Counted from the stretch's first letter, positions 54,054-64,000 are shown. The stretch is 64,000 bases of DNA from Candidatus Rokuibacteriota bacterium (GCA_900299425.1 OMJU01000060.1:39773-103772); one strand, 5' to 3'. Translations and numbers: made by a program. The notes: generated by a model from the sequence alone, not told the origin.

Positions 54054-57000
54054 TAAAAATTACTATTAAATAGGTTTGGTTGTTATGCTTGATTAGGTCA
54101 AAATGTCGGACTGATTTATTCCATAGATCGAGTCCCAGATCAGATGTTGGATGGATATTTCCTTTGTGATCGATTAGCGCTCCTGAGAAGGAGTCAAAGC
54201 GACCGTGAAAGGGAATGACCCCAAAATAATTTCCTGCGACCAGTACCTCGTTATTTTGATCTTGATTGAAATCAGCCACTAAAAATGTATTGATAGGGCT
54301 TTGTTGCAGCGCCTCCCCAAAAGGCACAAAATGGTACTTACCATTTTGGTTTTCAAAATAGCCACTGGCTAATTCATCTACATGTAACACCTTAGACGCA
54401 GATAGATCAATGCCCTTGATTTTGCTGATGGGTTGATTCGCAAAATCCCCATATTGGGTGTATTGTTTGCGTAAAACCACCATTTGAGCGGCTAAATCAT
54501 CCAGGCCCAGTAGGGGGTAATCATCGCCTTGATGATAGGTGGTCAGAATAGTTTCACTGGCACCATTTTTATCAAAATCATTGTACCAAAGCTTCATTGG
54601 ATGGTTTGTTGAGGCTTGTAGTTTGGTGTTGAGTCCCCAATTACCCACCAGTAGATCAAGATCACCGTCCTGGTCAATGTCGTGAGGCTCCAGGCTTTGC
54701 CAAAGGCCATTTAGGTCAGGGAAGGCCTGAATATTTTCTTGGAAACCCTCGGGGGTCTGCACAAAGAGTCTTGGTTTCATCCAATGGCCAATGACCACAA
54801 GATCAATAAGTGCGTCCTGATTGAAGTCCAGCCATAGGGCATCGGTAATCATGCCCAAATCATCAAAAGTCTCTATTTTTTCTAGTCCACGGAAAATATA
54901 TGAAGGCACACTAGCTCCAAAATCTTGGGGCGCTGAAAAGTTACCCACAAAGAGTAGCTCATCATGGCCGCGCACCACATGGGTATTGGCTAAACTCCCT
55001 TGAAGCTCAGCAGCTGCGGTCAGCCTGCCTGTTTCATGGATTTTATTTAAGGGATAAATTTTGTTTTTAAACACCGAAGCCGAGGGGGTAACCGTATTTC
55101 CAGCCGCAGCCAACACTAGCTGAGGTTGGCCATCTACGGTGTAAATGCTCGCATCGACAAATTCCTGAAGACTGTCCATGGCAGCCCCATACTCAGGAGA
55201 CTTTTTAAACCCATTTTCCTGAGCCAAGAATATTTGAGAGGCTTGATTTTTACCACCACTGATCAAAATATCTTTTTGCCCATCCTGATTAAAGTCATAG
55301 GCAAAATAGGCGGGTCCATGATCAGAGGTGCGATAAGGGGCTAGCTTTTGGGCATTAAAATCTGAAAAATCATCTTCGCGATGGGTGAAATCAATACCTA
55401 ACTTCCCAGGTTCCGGAATAAATCTAAACCCGAGATTTTGTTCTTTCATAGGCCCATTTAATGGCATCCAGGGCTCAGAATCCACCCTCTTTGTTGCCAC
55501 CGCTTCTGCCTTTTTTTGCGCTATTTCATCACTGGGTTTTTCGGTGTATTTTATGGTGGTAAAACCTGGAATTAAACCTGTATCAATCCACTGTTGCGCT
55601 CCATTTGGCCAAATTAGGGTAAGGCCGTTAACCACTTGATCTTTGGGTAGGGCAAAGTGCAGTAAAGGTTCAGAACAGGATTGAAAACCCCGCACTGGAT
55701 AAAGTTCTCTGTATTGTAATCCACCACCTGTGTGCAAGTATGCTTTGGTCCCTATACCGTAAGGATTTTGTGCTGTATACGACAAGGATAAACTCAGCCC
55801 GGAATTATGCGTGCTTTGCATATCATTTATCATATGCGATGCATCAGATTGCTCTGAAAATTCAAGATCTCGAGCCGGCCTAGCACTTTGATTCACGTAT
55901 AAACCCACAGGGGCATTTGTATTGTTTGTGACCAGATCTAAATCCCCATCACGATCCAGATCCCCAACCACAGAGGCCCCGGAAAGACTCAACTCTGTAC
56001 TGCCCCAGAGAGCACTCACGTCGTTGAACTTTATACCGTCTTGGCCTTTGTAAAAGAAATTTACGGCAGCACCAGAGGGCATCATTTCTATGGCCGATTG
56101 ATCGACTAATCGGCTGTCATTGAGTTGCTTGTGAATTTCTTGATTGGAAATAAATTTAATATAGTCTAGGTTATTTGGTCGTCGACTGATACCATTAGAG
56201 ATGAATAAATCTAGATGACCATCTAGGTCGTAATCACCAAACAAAGCGCTCCAGCTCCAATCGGTAGCAGCTACCCCGCTATAAAGTGCCGTTTCGCTGA
56301 AATTACGCCCTCGTTGATTGATAAAGAGCATATTGCGGCTGAATTGATAATGATACCCATAGCCCTGAGTACGCAGTTTTAGGGTCTGAACAGGGTCGTC
56401 TCCTTCACTTGTTTTTAAAAGCTGCTCTGTCTGAGGGAGCATATCGAGAGATATCAGATCTGGCCACCCATCATTATTGATGTCGGCCACATCATTGCCC
56501 ATAGAAAAGCGTGAAATATGACTAAAGGACGTGCGCAATTGCTCGCTGAAGGTGCCGTCTTGATTGTTGTGATAATAATAATCGTCCTCATGAAAATCAT
56601 TGCCCACATAAATTTCGGGCCATCCATCTTTGTCAAAATCCGCCACACTGACGCCTAAACCATAGGCATTAATTCCTCCCAATATTCCTGCCTGCTCACT
56701 CACTTCGGTAAAGAACCCACCATCGTTGCGCAAAAGTCGATCACCTGTTTTCAGATTACGGGTGTAGCGCAGGTCAACGCGTCCGAAAGATTCTTGGGTG
56801 TGGACCGCATGATTCAATAAATAGAGGTCAAGATCCCCATCCCTGTCGTAGTCAAGAATTGCCGACATGGTGCCAAAATCTTCAAAGGCCAATCCGTATT
56901 TTTGGGCCGATTCGGTAAAGGTCAAATCGCCGTTATTGATGTAAAGTTCATTATGCCCTTCGAATCCATTAATGCCCACCACAGCACTGATATAAATATC

Positions 57001-57384
57001 CTGTAGCCCATCACCGTTCGCGTCAAAAATGATACACCCTGTTTGCCAGTCACTTTTGCCCAGAACACCGGCAGCAACCGTGATGTCTTCAAAGCTCATG
57101 TTTCCTTTATTTAGGTAAAGGGCATTGGGTCCTTGATTGGCGGTAAAATACAGATCGGGGAGGCCGTCGTTATTGACATCCCCCATAGCCACTCCACCTC
57201 CATTGTAATAGTAGAGATAATCTAAAATATTGAGACTATCTGTCGGGCGGAGCGTATTTTCAAATTTCAGCCCACTGCTTTCTGCACCTGGGGTAATAAA
57301 AAGCTTGGATTCGTTTTTGCTGCAGCCTGTAGCGACGATCAGCAGAATCCAAAGCATCCAAAATGTTTTTGTGACAGTGTGCAT
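54016..57384 (-). CDS. FG-GAP/VCBS-repeat + ASPIC/UnbV domain lipoprotein (CRTAC1 family), copy 1
   Basis: Lipobox IVATGCS. There are many DxNxDGxxD(L/I) FG-GAP calcium-loop repeats and a central ASPIC/UnbV block (VRGFQSCSEPLLHFAL). 1122 aa. Confidence 0.85.
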   Translation of the reverse strand: MHTVTKTFWMLWILLIVATGCSKNESKLFITPGAESSGLKFENTLRPTDSLNILDYLYYYNGGGVAMGDVNNDGLPDLYFTANQGPNALYLNKGNMSFEDITVAAGVLGKSDWQTGCIIFDANGDGLQDIYISAVVGINGFEGHNELYINNGDLTFTESAQKYGLAFEDFGTMSAILDYDRDGDLDLYLLNHAVHTQESFGRVDLRYTRNLKTGDRLLRNDGGFFTEVSEQAGILGGINAYGLGVSVADFDKDGWPEIYVGNDFHEDDYYYHNNQDGTFSEQLRTSFSHISRFSMGNDVADINNDGWPDLISLDMLPQTEQLLKTSEGDDPVQTLKLRTQGYGYHYQFSRNMLFINQRGRNFSETALYSGVAATDWSWSALFGDYDLDGHLDLFISNGISRRPNNLDYIKFISNQEIHKQLNDSRLVDQSAIEMMPSGAAVNFFYKGQDGIKFNDVSALWGSTELSLSGASVVGDLDRDGDLDLVTNNTNAPVGLYVNQSARPARDLEFSEQSDASHMINDMQSTHNSGLSLSLSYTAQNPYGIGTKAYLHTGGGLQYRELYPVRGFQSCSEPLLHFALPKDQVVNGLTLIWPNGAQQWIDTGLIPGFTTIKYTEKPSDEIAQKKAEAVATKRVDSEPWMPLNGPMKEQNLGFRFIPEPGKLGIDFTHREDDFSDFNAQKLAPYRTSDHGPAYFAYDFNQDGQKDILISGGKNQASQIFLAQENGFKKSPEYGAAMDSLQEFVDASIYTVDGQPQLVLAAAGNTVTPSASVFKNKIYPLNKIHETGRLTAAAELQGSLANTHVVRGHDELLFVGNFSAPQDFGASVPSYIFRGLEKIETFDDLGMITDALWLDFNQDALIDLVVIGHWMKPRLFVQTPEGFQENIQAFPDLNGLWQSLEPHDIDQDGDLDLLVGNWGLNTKLQASTNHPMKLWYNDFDKNGASETILTTYHQGDDYPLLGLDDLAAQMVVLRKQYTQYGDFANQPISKIKGIDLSASKVLHVDELASGYFENQNGKYHFVPFGEALQQSPINTFLVADFNQDQNNEVLVAGNYFGVIPFHGRFDSFSGALIDHKGNIHPTSDLGLDLWNKSVRHFDLIKHNNQTYLIVIFNDERTEIYRIES

Positions 57385-57397
57385 AACTAGACTTAAA

Positions 57398-60300
57398 TCA
57401 AGGGATTTTATAAACGAGTGGTTTATTGTCGTTTACCGCTACAAAAATGTATGTGTTCCCTTTGGCATCACTAAAAGGTTTGATATGCTTGATTTCGTCA
57501 CGAACAAAAAATCCGCTTTCGGCATAATTTTGCCAATTAAATTTTTGGGCCCCATCGTTGATCAGGACATTGCCAAAATCTGAGTCAAGTCGCGAAAACT
57601 GCGGTCTAAATTCATGGTCATTTCCTCCAGCAATAATATCGAGGGCCCCGTCATTATTCACGTCTACACAGGCTATTCCACAAATGCAAGATAGTTGAGC
57701 ACGCGCGGGTAGATCCTCAAAGCTGAATACACCATTGCCTTGGTTGTATGCAATGACAGAGTTTGCGTATCGGGCCTCAAGTACTGTGGTGGTGTTTAAA
57801 ATTGCCTTGGCAAATAATTCTTGAATGGATTTTTTGGCGTATTCTGAGGCTTTTAAGTTCTGCTTTTTCAAAGAGACGAGTTGGGTGGTCATCTCTTTTT
57901 TCTGATGTATAGGCATATCTCGGCCGTCGAGGTTTTGAGAAATGATTTGCTCATAGGTGCCATTATTATCAAAATCATTAACCCATAGTCGCATCGGGGC
58001 CTCTGGATAGGGTTTGTAATGAATATTACCGCCTTGATTCCCTAATATTAGATCCGTATCCCCATCTCCATCAATATCGGCGGCAGTGAGTGTATTCCAC
58101 CAGCCTGAGCGCTGGTCTAAATCACTTGGTATGGCTACAAATTGGTCATTTGTATAGCTGTAAAGATGGGGTGCGCCCCAATCTGAAACTGTGACCAGGG
58201 CAGAGCCTTGGTCTAGTTCTATCCATTGGGCCGCTGTGACCATTCCTGATTCCTGCAATGCTTTTGCCTTGTCCTGAGTCTGGTCTGTAAAATTGCCGCC
58301 ACCTAAATTTTCTAAGAAAAATTGCTTTGGACGCATGCCATAAACTCCGACAATACTGCGAGAGGTCACCACAAGATCAAGGTCGCCATCAGCATCCACG
58401 TCAAATGGTGCAATGGCGCTTATGTTGTTGATATTGCTCAATGATAGAATGGAGATTTTACTGAAGTTTCCTCTACCATCATTTTGATAGAGCCTGAGTG
58501 ATTCGCGGGCAGCTTCATCCACTTGATTGCCCCCAGATCCGATTAATAAGTCTAGATCACCATCTCCATCCACGTCTGCAAAGGCGGCTGCGGTGTCCTC
58601 AAAATTTGCATCAAGCTGAAGATCATTTTGACTTTTTGGCTTGAGTTTGCCATTACCAAAGTGCAGTAATAATTGGCCAGATTGGCCTTTGGCCCCACCC
58701 AAGAAAATATCTTGATGCCCGTCGCCATTAAGATCCCCCACGGCCATGCAAGGACCTTCTTGAGAAATCATTTTGCCTAAAAGCCCTTCATAATCAAAAT
58801 CATTATAGGGGTTTTCATCATGGGCAATCAATGAAGGATTCTCCACCCCGCTGAGCAGAGTTTTACCTTGTTGCTGCATTTTAGCCATTTGAAATTGACC
58901 AGCGTTCGCCTCTTCTTGTTTTAAGTTGAGTTTTTGGTTCACAGCAAGCTCGCGCAAAATCGTTTTGGCATCATTTGGCCAGAGGACTTCAAGGGAGTCG
59001 ATTTGAGTCTTGGCGCCCAATCCTATGGTCATTACGTAATCCATTGAGGACTGAAATCCTCGAGAGGGTTGTAATTCTTGCACAATTTGTTCCTCACCCA
59101 AATAAAGTTTTATTGAGCTGCCCACGGCAAATTTGTTTTGGACAGGACCCTCTAGCTGCAGCTTGATATAGTTGTTTTGATCGAGCTCATTACTGTGATT
59201 TTGATAGACAAAAGCCTGCATATTTACATTATTAACCACTAAGTCCAAATCTCCATCATTGTCTAAATCTCCATAAGCAGCACCATTGGAAAGACTAGGC
59301 ACCCCGAGACCCCATTCTTGCGCCGTATTGTCAAAGGTGAGGTCCCTTTGGTTGTGAAATGCATAGTTCGGTAAAGGGTATACAGGCATTTTATTGATGA
59401 TTGAATCGATGGCCTCTTTCTTGCCGGTTAGGGCCATATCTTGAATGATTTCATTGGCAAAGAAATCCACAAAATCAAGATCGGTTAAGTCGTGATTGAT
59501 TCCATTGGTGACATAAATATCGCGATACCCATCGTTATCCATATCAAAAATCAGTCCCGACCAGCTCCAGTCCGTAGCTGAAACGCCACTGAAATAAGCG
59601 ATCTCTGAAAAGCTGCCATTTCCGTTATTGAGTTGAAGGGTGTTTTGAATGTATTGTTGAAAAAAGTCTTTACTCTGTTTGAGCTTAAAAACATTATAAC
59701 CCTCAAATTCCATGACCGATTTTACCCTTTGGTCCCCATCGGGAAGCATATCGGTAATAAATATGTCGTTAAGCCCATCATTGTTGATGTCGGCCATATC
59801 AACGCCCATTGCAGAGAGACAAAGATGTGTCGTCCAGTTTTTTATGTCTTCAGTAAAGGTGCCGTCTTGATTGTTGATGTATAGATAGTCGCGCTCGTAG
59901 AAATCATTAGACACATAGATGTCCGGGTAGTTGTCATGATTCACATCACTGACCATTACCCCGAGGCCAAAACCAATCAAACTCCCATAAATTCCTGCCT
60001 GTTCACTCACGTCGGTAAAGACCCCATTATCATTGCGCAGCAGCATATCACCAACCCCGCGAAACATTTTTGGCACATTCCAATCCTGAGCGCGGACATC
60101 GCGCTGATGGGCAAAGCCCAGACTGCTTACAGGAATGTTGCTGTTGTTCAAGATATAGGCATCGAGATCACCATCTTTGTCGTAATCGAAAAAACTCGCA
60201 TGGGTAGAAAACCCAGTTTCGGCTAGGTTGTAGGCCTTGGCTTGCTCGCTAAAGGTTAAATCTCCATTGTTGATGTACAAATCATTGTTGTGATTTTCAC

Positions 60301-60730
60301 CCTCCATATTTCCCGCGTTGCTGACATAAATATCCAAAAGCCCATCTTGGTTAATGTCGACCATGACCACTCCAGTAGACCAGGGTTTATTTCCTTGAAC
60401 TCCGGCCGCCTCAGAAATATCTTCAAAAACCCAGTTGCCTTTGTTTAGATAAAGCTTGTTAGCCCCCATATTTGCCGTGAAATAAATATCTGCTAGTCCG
60501 TCGTTATTGATGTCTCCTATTGCGACACCCCCGCCATTATAGAAATTGCGGTATTTAAAAATGTTGAAGTCTTTTTGATTTTCAACTTTATTGCTAAAGG
60601 TGATATTGGACTGCTCAGAGGCCACAAGGCTAAATCGCGTCGGGCCCAAGTTTTCTTGGGTTGACTCATTTTGGCAAGCTGCCACAAGCAGTGCTGCGAT
60701 CCATAGTATCCAATTATTTTTTAGTCTCAT
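57398..60730 (-). CDS. FG-GAP/VCBS-repeat + ASPIC/UnbV domain lipoprotein (CRTAC1 family), copy 2
   Basis: Lipobox LLVAACQ with the same architecture as copy 1 (SRGFQSSMDYVMTIGLG ASPIC block). 1110 aa. Confidence 0.85.
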   Translation of the reverse strand: MRLKNNWILWIAALLVAACQNESTQENLGPTRFSLVASEQSNITFSNKVENQKDFNIFKYRNFYNGGGVAIGDINNDGLADIYFTANMGANKLYLNKGNWVFEDISEAAGVQGNKPWSTGVVMVDINQDGLLDIYVSNAGNMEGENHNNDLYINNGDLTFSEQAKAYNLAETGFSTHASFFDYDKDGDLDAYILNNSNIPVSSLGFAHQRDVRAQDWNVPKMFRGVGDMLLRNDNGVFTDVSEQAGIYGSLIGFGLGVMVSDVNHDNYPDIYVSNDFYERDYLYINNQDGTFTEDIKNWTTHLCLSAMGVDMADINNDGLNDIFITDMLPDGDQRVKSVMEFEGYNVFKLKQSKDFFQQYIQNTLQLNNGNGSFSEIAYFSGVSATDWSWSGLIFDMDNDGYRDIYVTNGINHDLTDLDFVDFFANEIIQDMALTGKKEAIDSIINKMPVYPLPNYAFHNQRDLTFDNTAQEWGLGVPSLSNGAAYGDLDNDGDLDLVVNNVNMQAFVYQNHSNELDQNNYIKLQLEGPVQNKFAVGSSIKLYLGEEQIVQELQPSRGFQSSMDYVMTIGLGAKTQIDSLEVLWPNDAKTILRELAVNQKLNLKQEEANAGQFQMAKMQQQGKTLLSGVENPSLIAHDENPYNDFDYEGLLGKMISQEGPCMAVGDLNGDGHQDIFLGGAKGQSGQLLLHFGNGKLKPKSQNDLQLDANFEDTAAAFADVDGDGDLDLLIGSGGNQVDEAARESLRLYQNDGRGNFSKISILSLSNINNISAIAPFDVDADGDLDLVVTSRSIVGVYGMRPKQFFLENLGGGNFTDQTQDKAKALQESGMVTAAQWIELDQGSALVTVSDWGAPHLYSYTNDQFVAIPSDLDQRSGWWNTLTAADIDGDGDTDLILGNQGGNIHYKPYPEAPMRLWVNDFDNNGTYEQIISQNLDGRDMPIHQKKEMTTQLVSLKKQNLKASEYAKKSIQELFAKAILNTTTVLEARYANSVIAYNQGNGVFSFEDLPARAQLSCICGIACVDVNNDGALDIIAGGNDHEFRPQFSRLDSDFGNVLINDGAQKFNWQNYAESGFFVRDEIKHIKPFSDAKGNTYIFVAVNDNKPLVYKIP

Positions 60731-63700
60731 CGTTTATTTATTTCAAGAATTAATGGAGTGTCGTTGTTGCGGGCCATGATCCATAGTGTATCCTTCTGTC
60801 TCGGCAGTCTAGTCCAAGAGCGACCAGCACCGAGCCAAGGCTCTTGGCTAATTTTCTCAAAACGCATCTGACCGTTATCATTGATCAATGCCCCGCCTTT
60901 AAACGCATCTAATCGGCCGAGTTGGGTGCTGAGTTCATAGTCGTTGCCACATAAAAGTAGGTCATCCCACCCGTCATTGTTTAAGTCAGTGATTTGAAGG
61001 TCACGTATACTAGAATATTGAGCATCGGCCGATAGGGTGTGCTTTATAAATTTATTATCCCCTGTATTTTCAAAATAACAACTCTCTAACTCCGTTACGG
61101 ATTTAATCAGTCCGGCAGCTAAGGATTTAGAACCAAAGACTTCATCTACAGAGGCCTGTGCAAAATCGGCAAAGGATAAAAATTTCTTATTGATTTTTGG
61201 GAGTTGCTTGGCCAGCTCTTCCTTGGAGGCCAAAGTGGTTTCTTTACCCTGCAGGTAATAGGTCACTACAGTTTCTTGAGACTCGTTTTGATCAAAGTCA
61301 TAGCGATAAAGTCGGATAGGTTCCTGCGCAGAGGCATGCCAACGAAGATTAGTGCCCCAATTGCCGCCGACAATATCCAGATCACCGTCACGATCGAAAT
61401 CCGCAACAGCAACACAAGCCCAGAGACCATAAAGTTCCTCAAGCCCGGTATTTTCAAGGCGTGCTAAACCTGATCCTGTATTAATCCAAAGCGTAATGGT
61501 GTTCCAGGGTCCGCAACTTATGGCGTCGAGTATGCCATCTTCATTGATGTCCGCCCAGAATAGATCGCTAATGGCGCCGCTTTGACTAAAGGAATCGCCC
61601 CACTGGGCCGTATGGTCTTTAAAGCGACCATTACCAAGATTTTTAAGCAAGTAATGCTCCGGGTCAATACCAAATTCATGTGCTTTTGTTTTGGCTGTAA
61701 ACACTAAATCTTTAAATCCGTCTTGGTCAATATCTTCCCAAGAAATTGTACTGGTGGTTTGGTCAAATTCTGGCAAAGCTTCGGGGTCATGACTAAATTC
61801 CTGTCCTGTATTCAGGTAGAGTCTTGGCTGTAAAGCCTCGCCACTGCTGAATTCATTACCACCATATCCGATAAGTATGTCGTCTTGTCCATCGTTATTG
61901 GCATCGAGCAGTAGTACCGCAGTGCCCTCACCCAGTGCATCAATTTTATCCTTAAGCTCCACTTGTGTGAATTGTCCGTCGCTCTGCTGGAAAAATACGA
62001 CCGTATTTTGTCCTTTGGCCCCTGTAATGACCAAATCATGCAACCCATCATTATTTAAATCTCCTGCCGCTATAGCTGGACCTTCGTTATTTAAGGCATA
62101 CGGGGCCAGTGGATTTCTGTTGAAATCCAGCGCAGAGCGCTCTTGGTGTTTCCATGCTAAATCTTCTTTGATTTTGGCAAAAGTGCTGCCTTTAAAATCG
62201 TTCACATCGCGAGTTAATGTGGCTGTCTCAGGATTTTTCGCTAATGCTGCTGGCGCCACATCTCGAGATAATGAATCTTGCGCCAATACTGCAGCTGCAG
62301 CTTGAATTACTAAATGCTGATTGGTTTTTACCGCTTGTATGACTTGTCGACCTCTTTTTGGCCATGAAATAACTAGCGAATCAAGTTCCTCAATGGCACC
62401 CAGCCCGAAGTGCATCAGTGGAGGACTTGATGAGAGAAATCCCCGTGTGGTATAGTTTTCACGTGTGAATTCTTTACCCTGGTAATAAGCCGTGACCCGG
62501 GCACCGAGGCCGTAAGTATTGCCTAATTTATCCCGCAGTGACACGCTCAGATAATGATGCTCTGGATCCAATTGACGTGTTTGATTCTCTAAAATAAAAC
62601 AAGTGGCATTCACATTATTCACCACAAGATCTAAATCGCCATCTAGGTCGAGATCAGCATAGGCGGCCCCGTTGCTGTAGCTAGGTATTTTTGGAATCCA
62701 ATGGCCCGTTTGATCTTGCATGGTTCGCCCATCGGTATTTTTGAAAATATAATTTGGTGTTTTTTTGGCCGGGATGGCGTCAATAAAGCTCATGGCGTCC
62801 CTTGTCATAGAACCCCCTAACTGCTTTTGAATGGCCTCGTTTGCAATGAAATTGATAAAATCCATATCATTGGTGGCCCCAAGAATGCCATTGGTCACAA
62901 ACAAATCTGCATAGCCGTCTAAATCGTAGTCGGCCAGCAGTGGACTCCAGGACCACTCCGTAGCTGGTATTCCAGAGGCATTAGCGATTTCGCTAAAAAC
63001 TTCCTCCCCACGATTCAGTAGTAGTGTATTTTGCATGTACTGATGATCATAGCCATTATTGATGTACTGAGCGTAGAGCTGATAATTGAACTCGGTCCCC
63101 GAGGTTTTATAGGTCAGTAAGTCCTCTGGAAGCATATCCACGGAAATCAAGTCCATGAGACCATCGTTATTGATATCCCCACTATCATTACCCATAGAGT
63201 AGTGGGTGGTATGGCCTAAGGCTTCATTGTTGGTGTGAATTATTTCTTTAAAACTTTTGTTCCTTTGATTGATGTAGAGATAGTCATTTTCAAAAAAGTC
63301 ATTACCCACATAAATATCCGGGTAGCCATCATTGTTGAAGTCCGCAATGGATAAACCTAAACCATAACCGATGCCCCCTTGGAAAATTCCTGCTTGTGCG
63401 GATACATCAATAAAAACACCACCTTGATTTTCATAAAGACGATCTCCAGAAATAGAATCTGGTTTTTGTCGCTTACTGCCATTGCCATAATTCATATTTG
63501 GATTGACGCTATGGTTTAGAAGGAATAAATCTAAATCCCCATCGAGGTCGTAATCTAGAAAGCTACTATGGGTACTGAGTCCCCGAAAATCAAGCCCGTA
63601 AGCCTTTGCTTGTTCTTCAAAAATAGGTTGCCCATCTTGATCGATACCTTTATGGATCAAAAGCGCATTGTGGGTCTGTGGCACGGAATCTGAGGCGACG

Positions 63701-64000
63701 CGCGCAATATAGAGGTCAAGCCAGCCGTCACTATTGACATCACCTACAGAAATTCCATTGGTCCAACCCAGGGGTAAGGCCGGTAGGGGTGTTTCTTTAA
63801 ATTTTAAATTGCCTTTGTTGAGATAAAGTTGGGGGGATTTTTGATTGGCACCGAAAATCAAATCAGGAAGGCTGTCATTATTAAAATCCGCAATAGTCAC
63901 CCCGCCGCCATTATAGAAATAAATATAGTTTAGAATGTTTTGGTTCGGTGAGGAGGTGAGGCGATTTTCAAAATTAACACCTGTTTCACTAGAGGAGAGA
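60727..64000 (-). CDS. FG-GAP/VCBS-repeat + ASPIC/UnbV domain protein (CRTAC1 family), copy 3; 5' end outside the window
   Basis: The frame stays open to the window edge (…NYIYFYNGGGVTIADFNNDS). ASPIC block TRGFLSSSPPLMHFGLG. It overlaps copy 2 by 4 bp. Confidence 0.8.
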   Translation of the reverse strand, partial: LSSSETGVNFENRLTSSPNQNILNYIYFYNGGGVTIADFNNDSLPDLIFGANQKSPQLYLNKGNLKFKETPLPALPLGWTNGISVGDVNSDGWLDLYIARVASDSVPQTHNALLIHKGIDQDGQPIFEEQAKAYGLDFRGLSTHSSFLDYDLDGDLDLFLLNHSVNPNMNYGNGSKRQKPDSISGDRLYENQGGVFIDVSAQAGIFQGGIGYGLGLSIADFNNDGYPDIYVGNDFFENDYLYINQRNKSFKEIIHTNNEALGHTTHYSMGNDSGDINNDGLMDLISVDMLPEDLLTYKTSGTEFNYQLYAQYINNGYDHQYMQNTLLLNRGEEVFSEIANASGIPATEWSWSPLLADYDLDGYADLFVTNGILGATNDMDFINFIANEAIQKQLGGSMTRDAMSFIDAIPAKKTPNYIFKNTDGRTMQDQTGHWIPKIPSYSNGAAYADLDLDGDLDLVVNNVNATCFILENQTRQLDPEHHYLSVSLRDKLGNTYGLGARVTAYYQGKEFTRENYTTRGFLSSSPPLMHFGLGAIEELDSLVISWPKRGRQVIQAVKTNQHLVIQAAAAVLAQDSLSRDVAPAALAKNPETATLTRDVNDFKGSTFAKIKEDLAWKHQERSALDFNRNPLAPYALNNEGPAIAAGDLNNDGLHDLVITGAKGQNTVVFFQQSDGQFTQVELKDKIDALGEGTAVLLLDANNDGQDDILIGYGGNEFSSGEALQPRLYLNTGQEFSHDPEALPEFDQTTSTISWEDIDQDGFKDLVFTAKTKAHEFGIDPEHYLLKNLGNGRFKDHTAQWGDSFSQSGAISDLFWADINEDGILDAISCGPWNTITLWINTGSGLARLENTGLEELYGLWACVAVADFDRDGDLDIVGGNWGTNLRWHASAQEPIRLYRYDFDQNESQETVVTYYLQGKETTLASKEELAKQLPKINKKFLSFADFAQASVDEVFGSKSLAAGLIKSVTELESCYFENTGDNKFIKHTLSADAQYSSIRDLQITDLNNDGWDDLLLCGNDYELSTQLGRLDAFKGGALINDNGQMRFEKISQEPWLGAGRSWTRLPRQKDTLWIMARNNDTPLILEINKR

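Noticed and set aside
61877-62305. A 142-aa Ser/Ala/Pro-rich plus-strand ORF, along with many other 60-140-aa ORFs antisense to large genes (for example 4460..4849, 11633..11974, 24332..24703, 25962..26381 and 51107..51481).
   Set aside because: All are fully nested in, or antisense to, genes with strong homology. They have no independent start or promoter signals and their composition is biased. I treated them as shadow ORFs.
1-64000. A search for mobile elements, integrases, toxin-antitoxin pairs, restriction-modification systems or other known defence modules.
   Set aside because: No ORF shows transposase or integrase motifs (DDE, tyrosine or serine recombinase), nuclease/ATPase defence architectures or methyltransferase-endonuclease pairs. 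The only methyltransferases present are the tRNA-type (NPPFF) enzyme and ArsM.

Overview
The window reads as a chromosomal segment of a Bacteroidota genome, probably a marine Flavobacteriia member. That is an inference from gene content and from recurrent TAnnTTTG -7 promoter boxes directly upstream of genes and tRNAs. About 58 protein-coding genes can be supported, plus 2 tRNAs (Asp-GTC, Leu-TAG), 2 decayed gene remnants, several intrinsic terminators and a few short repeats.

Main blocks, in order:
- 1-7 kb: Fe-S maturation and redox genes (Mrp/ApbC, NifU-like, TrxR-type ferredoxin-NADP reductase, 2Fe-2S ferredoxin), then DUF3050, an acyl-CoA dehydrogenase, a TrmN6-like methyltransferase and rimM-rpsP.
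- 7-9.3 kb: an AT-rich stretch with two paralogous lipoproteins.
- 9.3-15.2 kb: dnaE with a fused N-terminal DEDDh exonuclease, trxA and DUF58.
- 15.3-16.8 kb: tRNA-Asp followed by a gene-decay zone.
- 16.9-25.2 kb: ruvC-hemW-cyclase-mmcQ, an ATP-grasp protein, an M20 dipeptidase, tRNA-Leu and a TonB-dependent receptor.
- 25.4 kb: a small secreted 13-aa-repeat protein.
- 25.8-28.8 kb: mevalonate-pathway genes followed by a UbiA prenyltransferase.
- 28.8-29.7 kb: an RluB-like protein whose catalytic Asp reads Gly.
- 30-33.6 kb: a polyamine operon (speA-speB-deoxyhypusine-synthase-like-acidic protein).
- 34-38 kb: envelope proteins.
- 38-47.5 kb: a tightly packed 12-gene minus-strand array. Its core is an arsenosugar-type set (ArsS radical SAM, ArsM, peroxidase-like AhpD protein, DUF2064 and TIGR04283-like glycosyltransferases). 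A purine nucleoside phosphorylase, an exported rhodanese, an exported DUF547 protein and a vicinal-Cys membrane protein are embedded in it. It is extended by two GT2 enzymes and an LpxR-like protein.
- 47.6-51.6 kb: a sugar uptake and kinase trio.
- 51.8-64 kb: an operon of three tandem ~1100-aa FG-GAP/ASPIC (CRTAC1-type) lipoproteins, a vanadium-haloperoxidase-like PAP2 lipoprotein and a membrane-anchored SRPBCC/GyrI-like protein.

I found no CRISPR array, transposase, integrase or recognisable defence system. The best candidate for an under-described system is the extended arsenosugar-type array. All family assignments rest on motif and sequence recognition by eye, not on searches.
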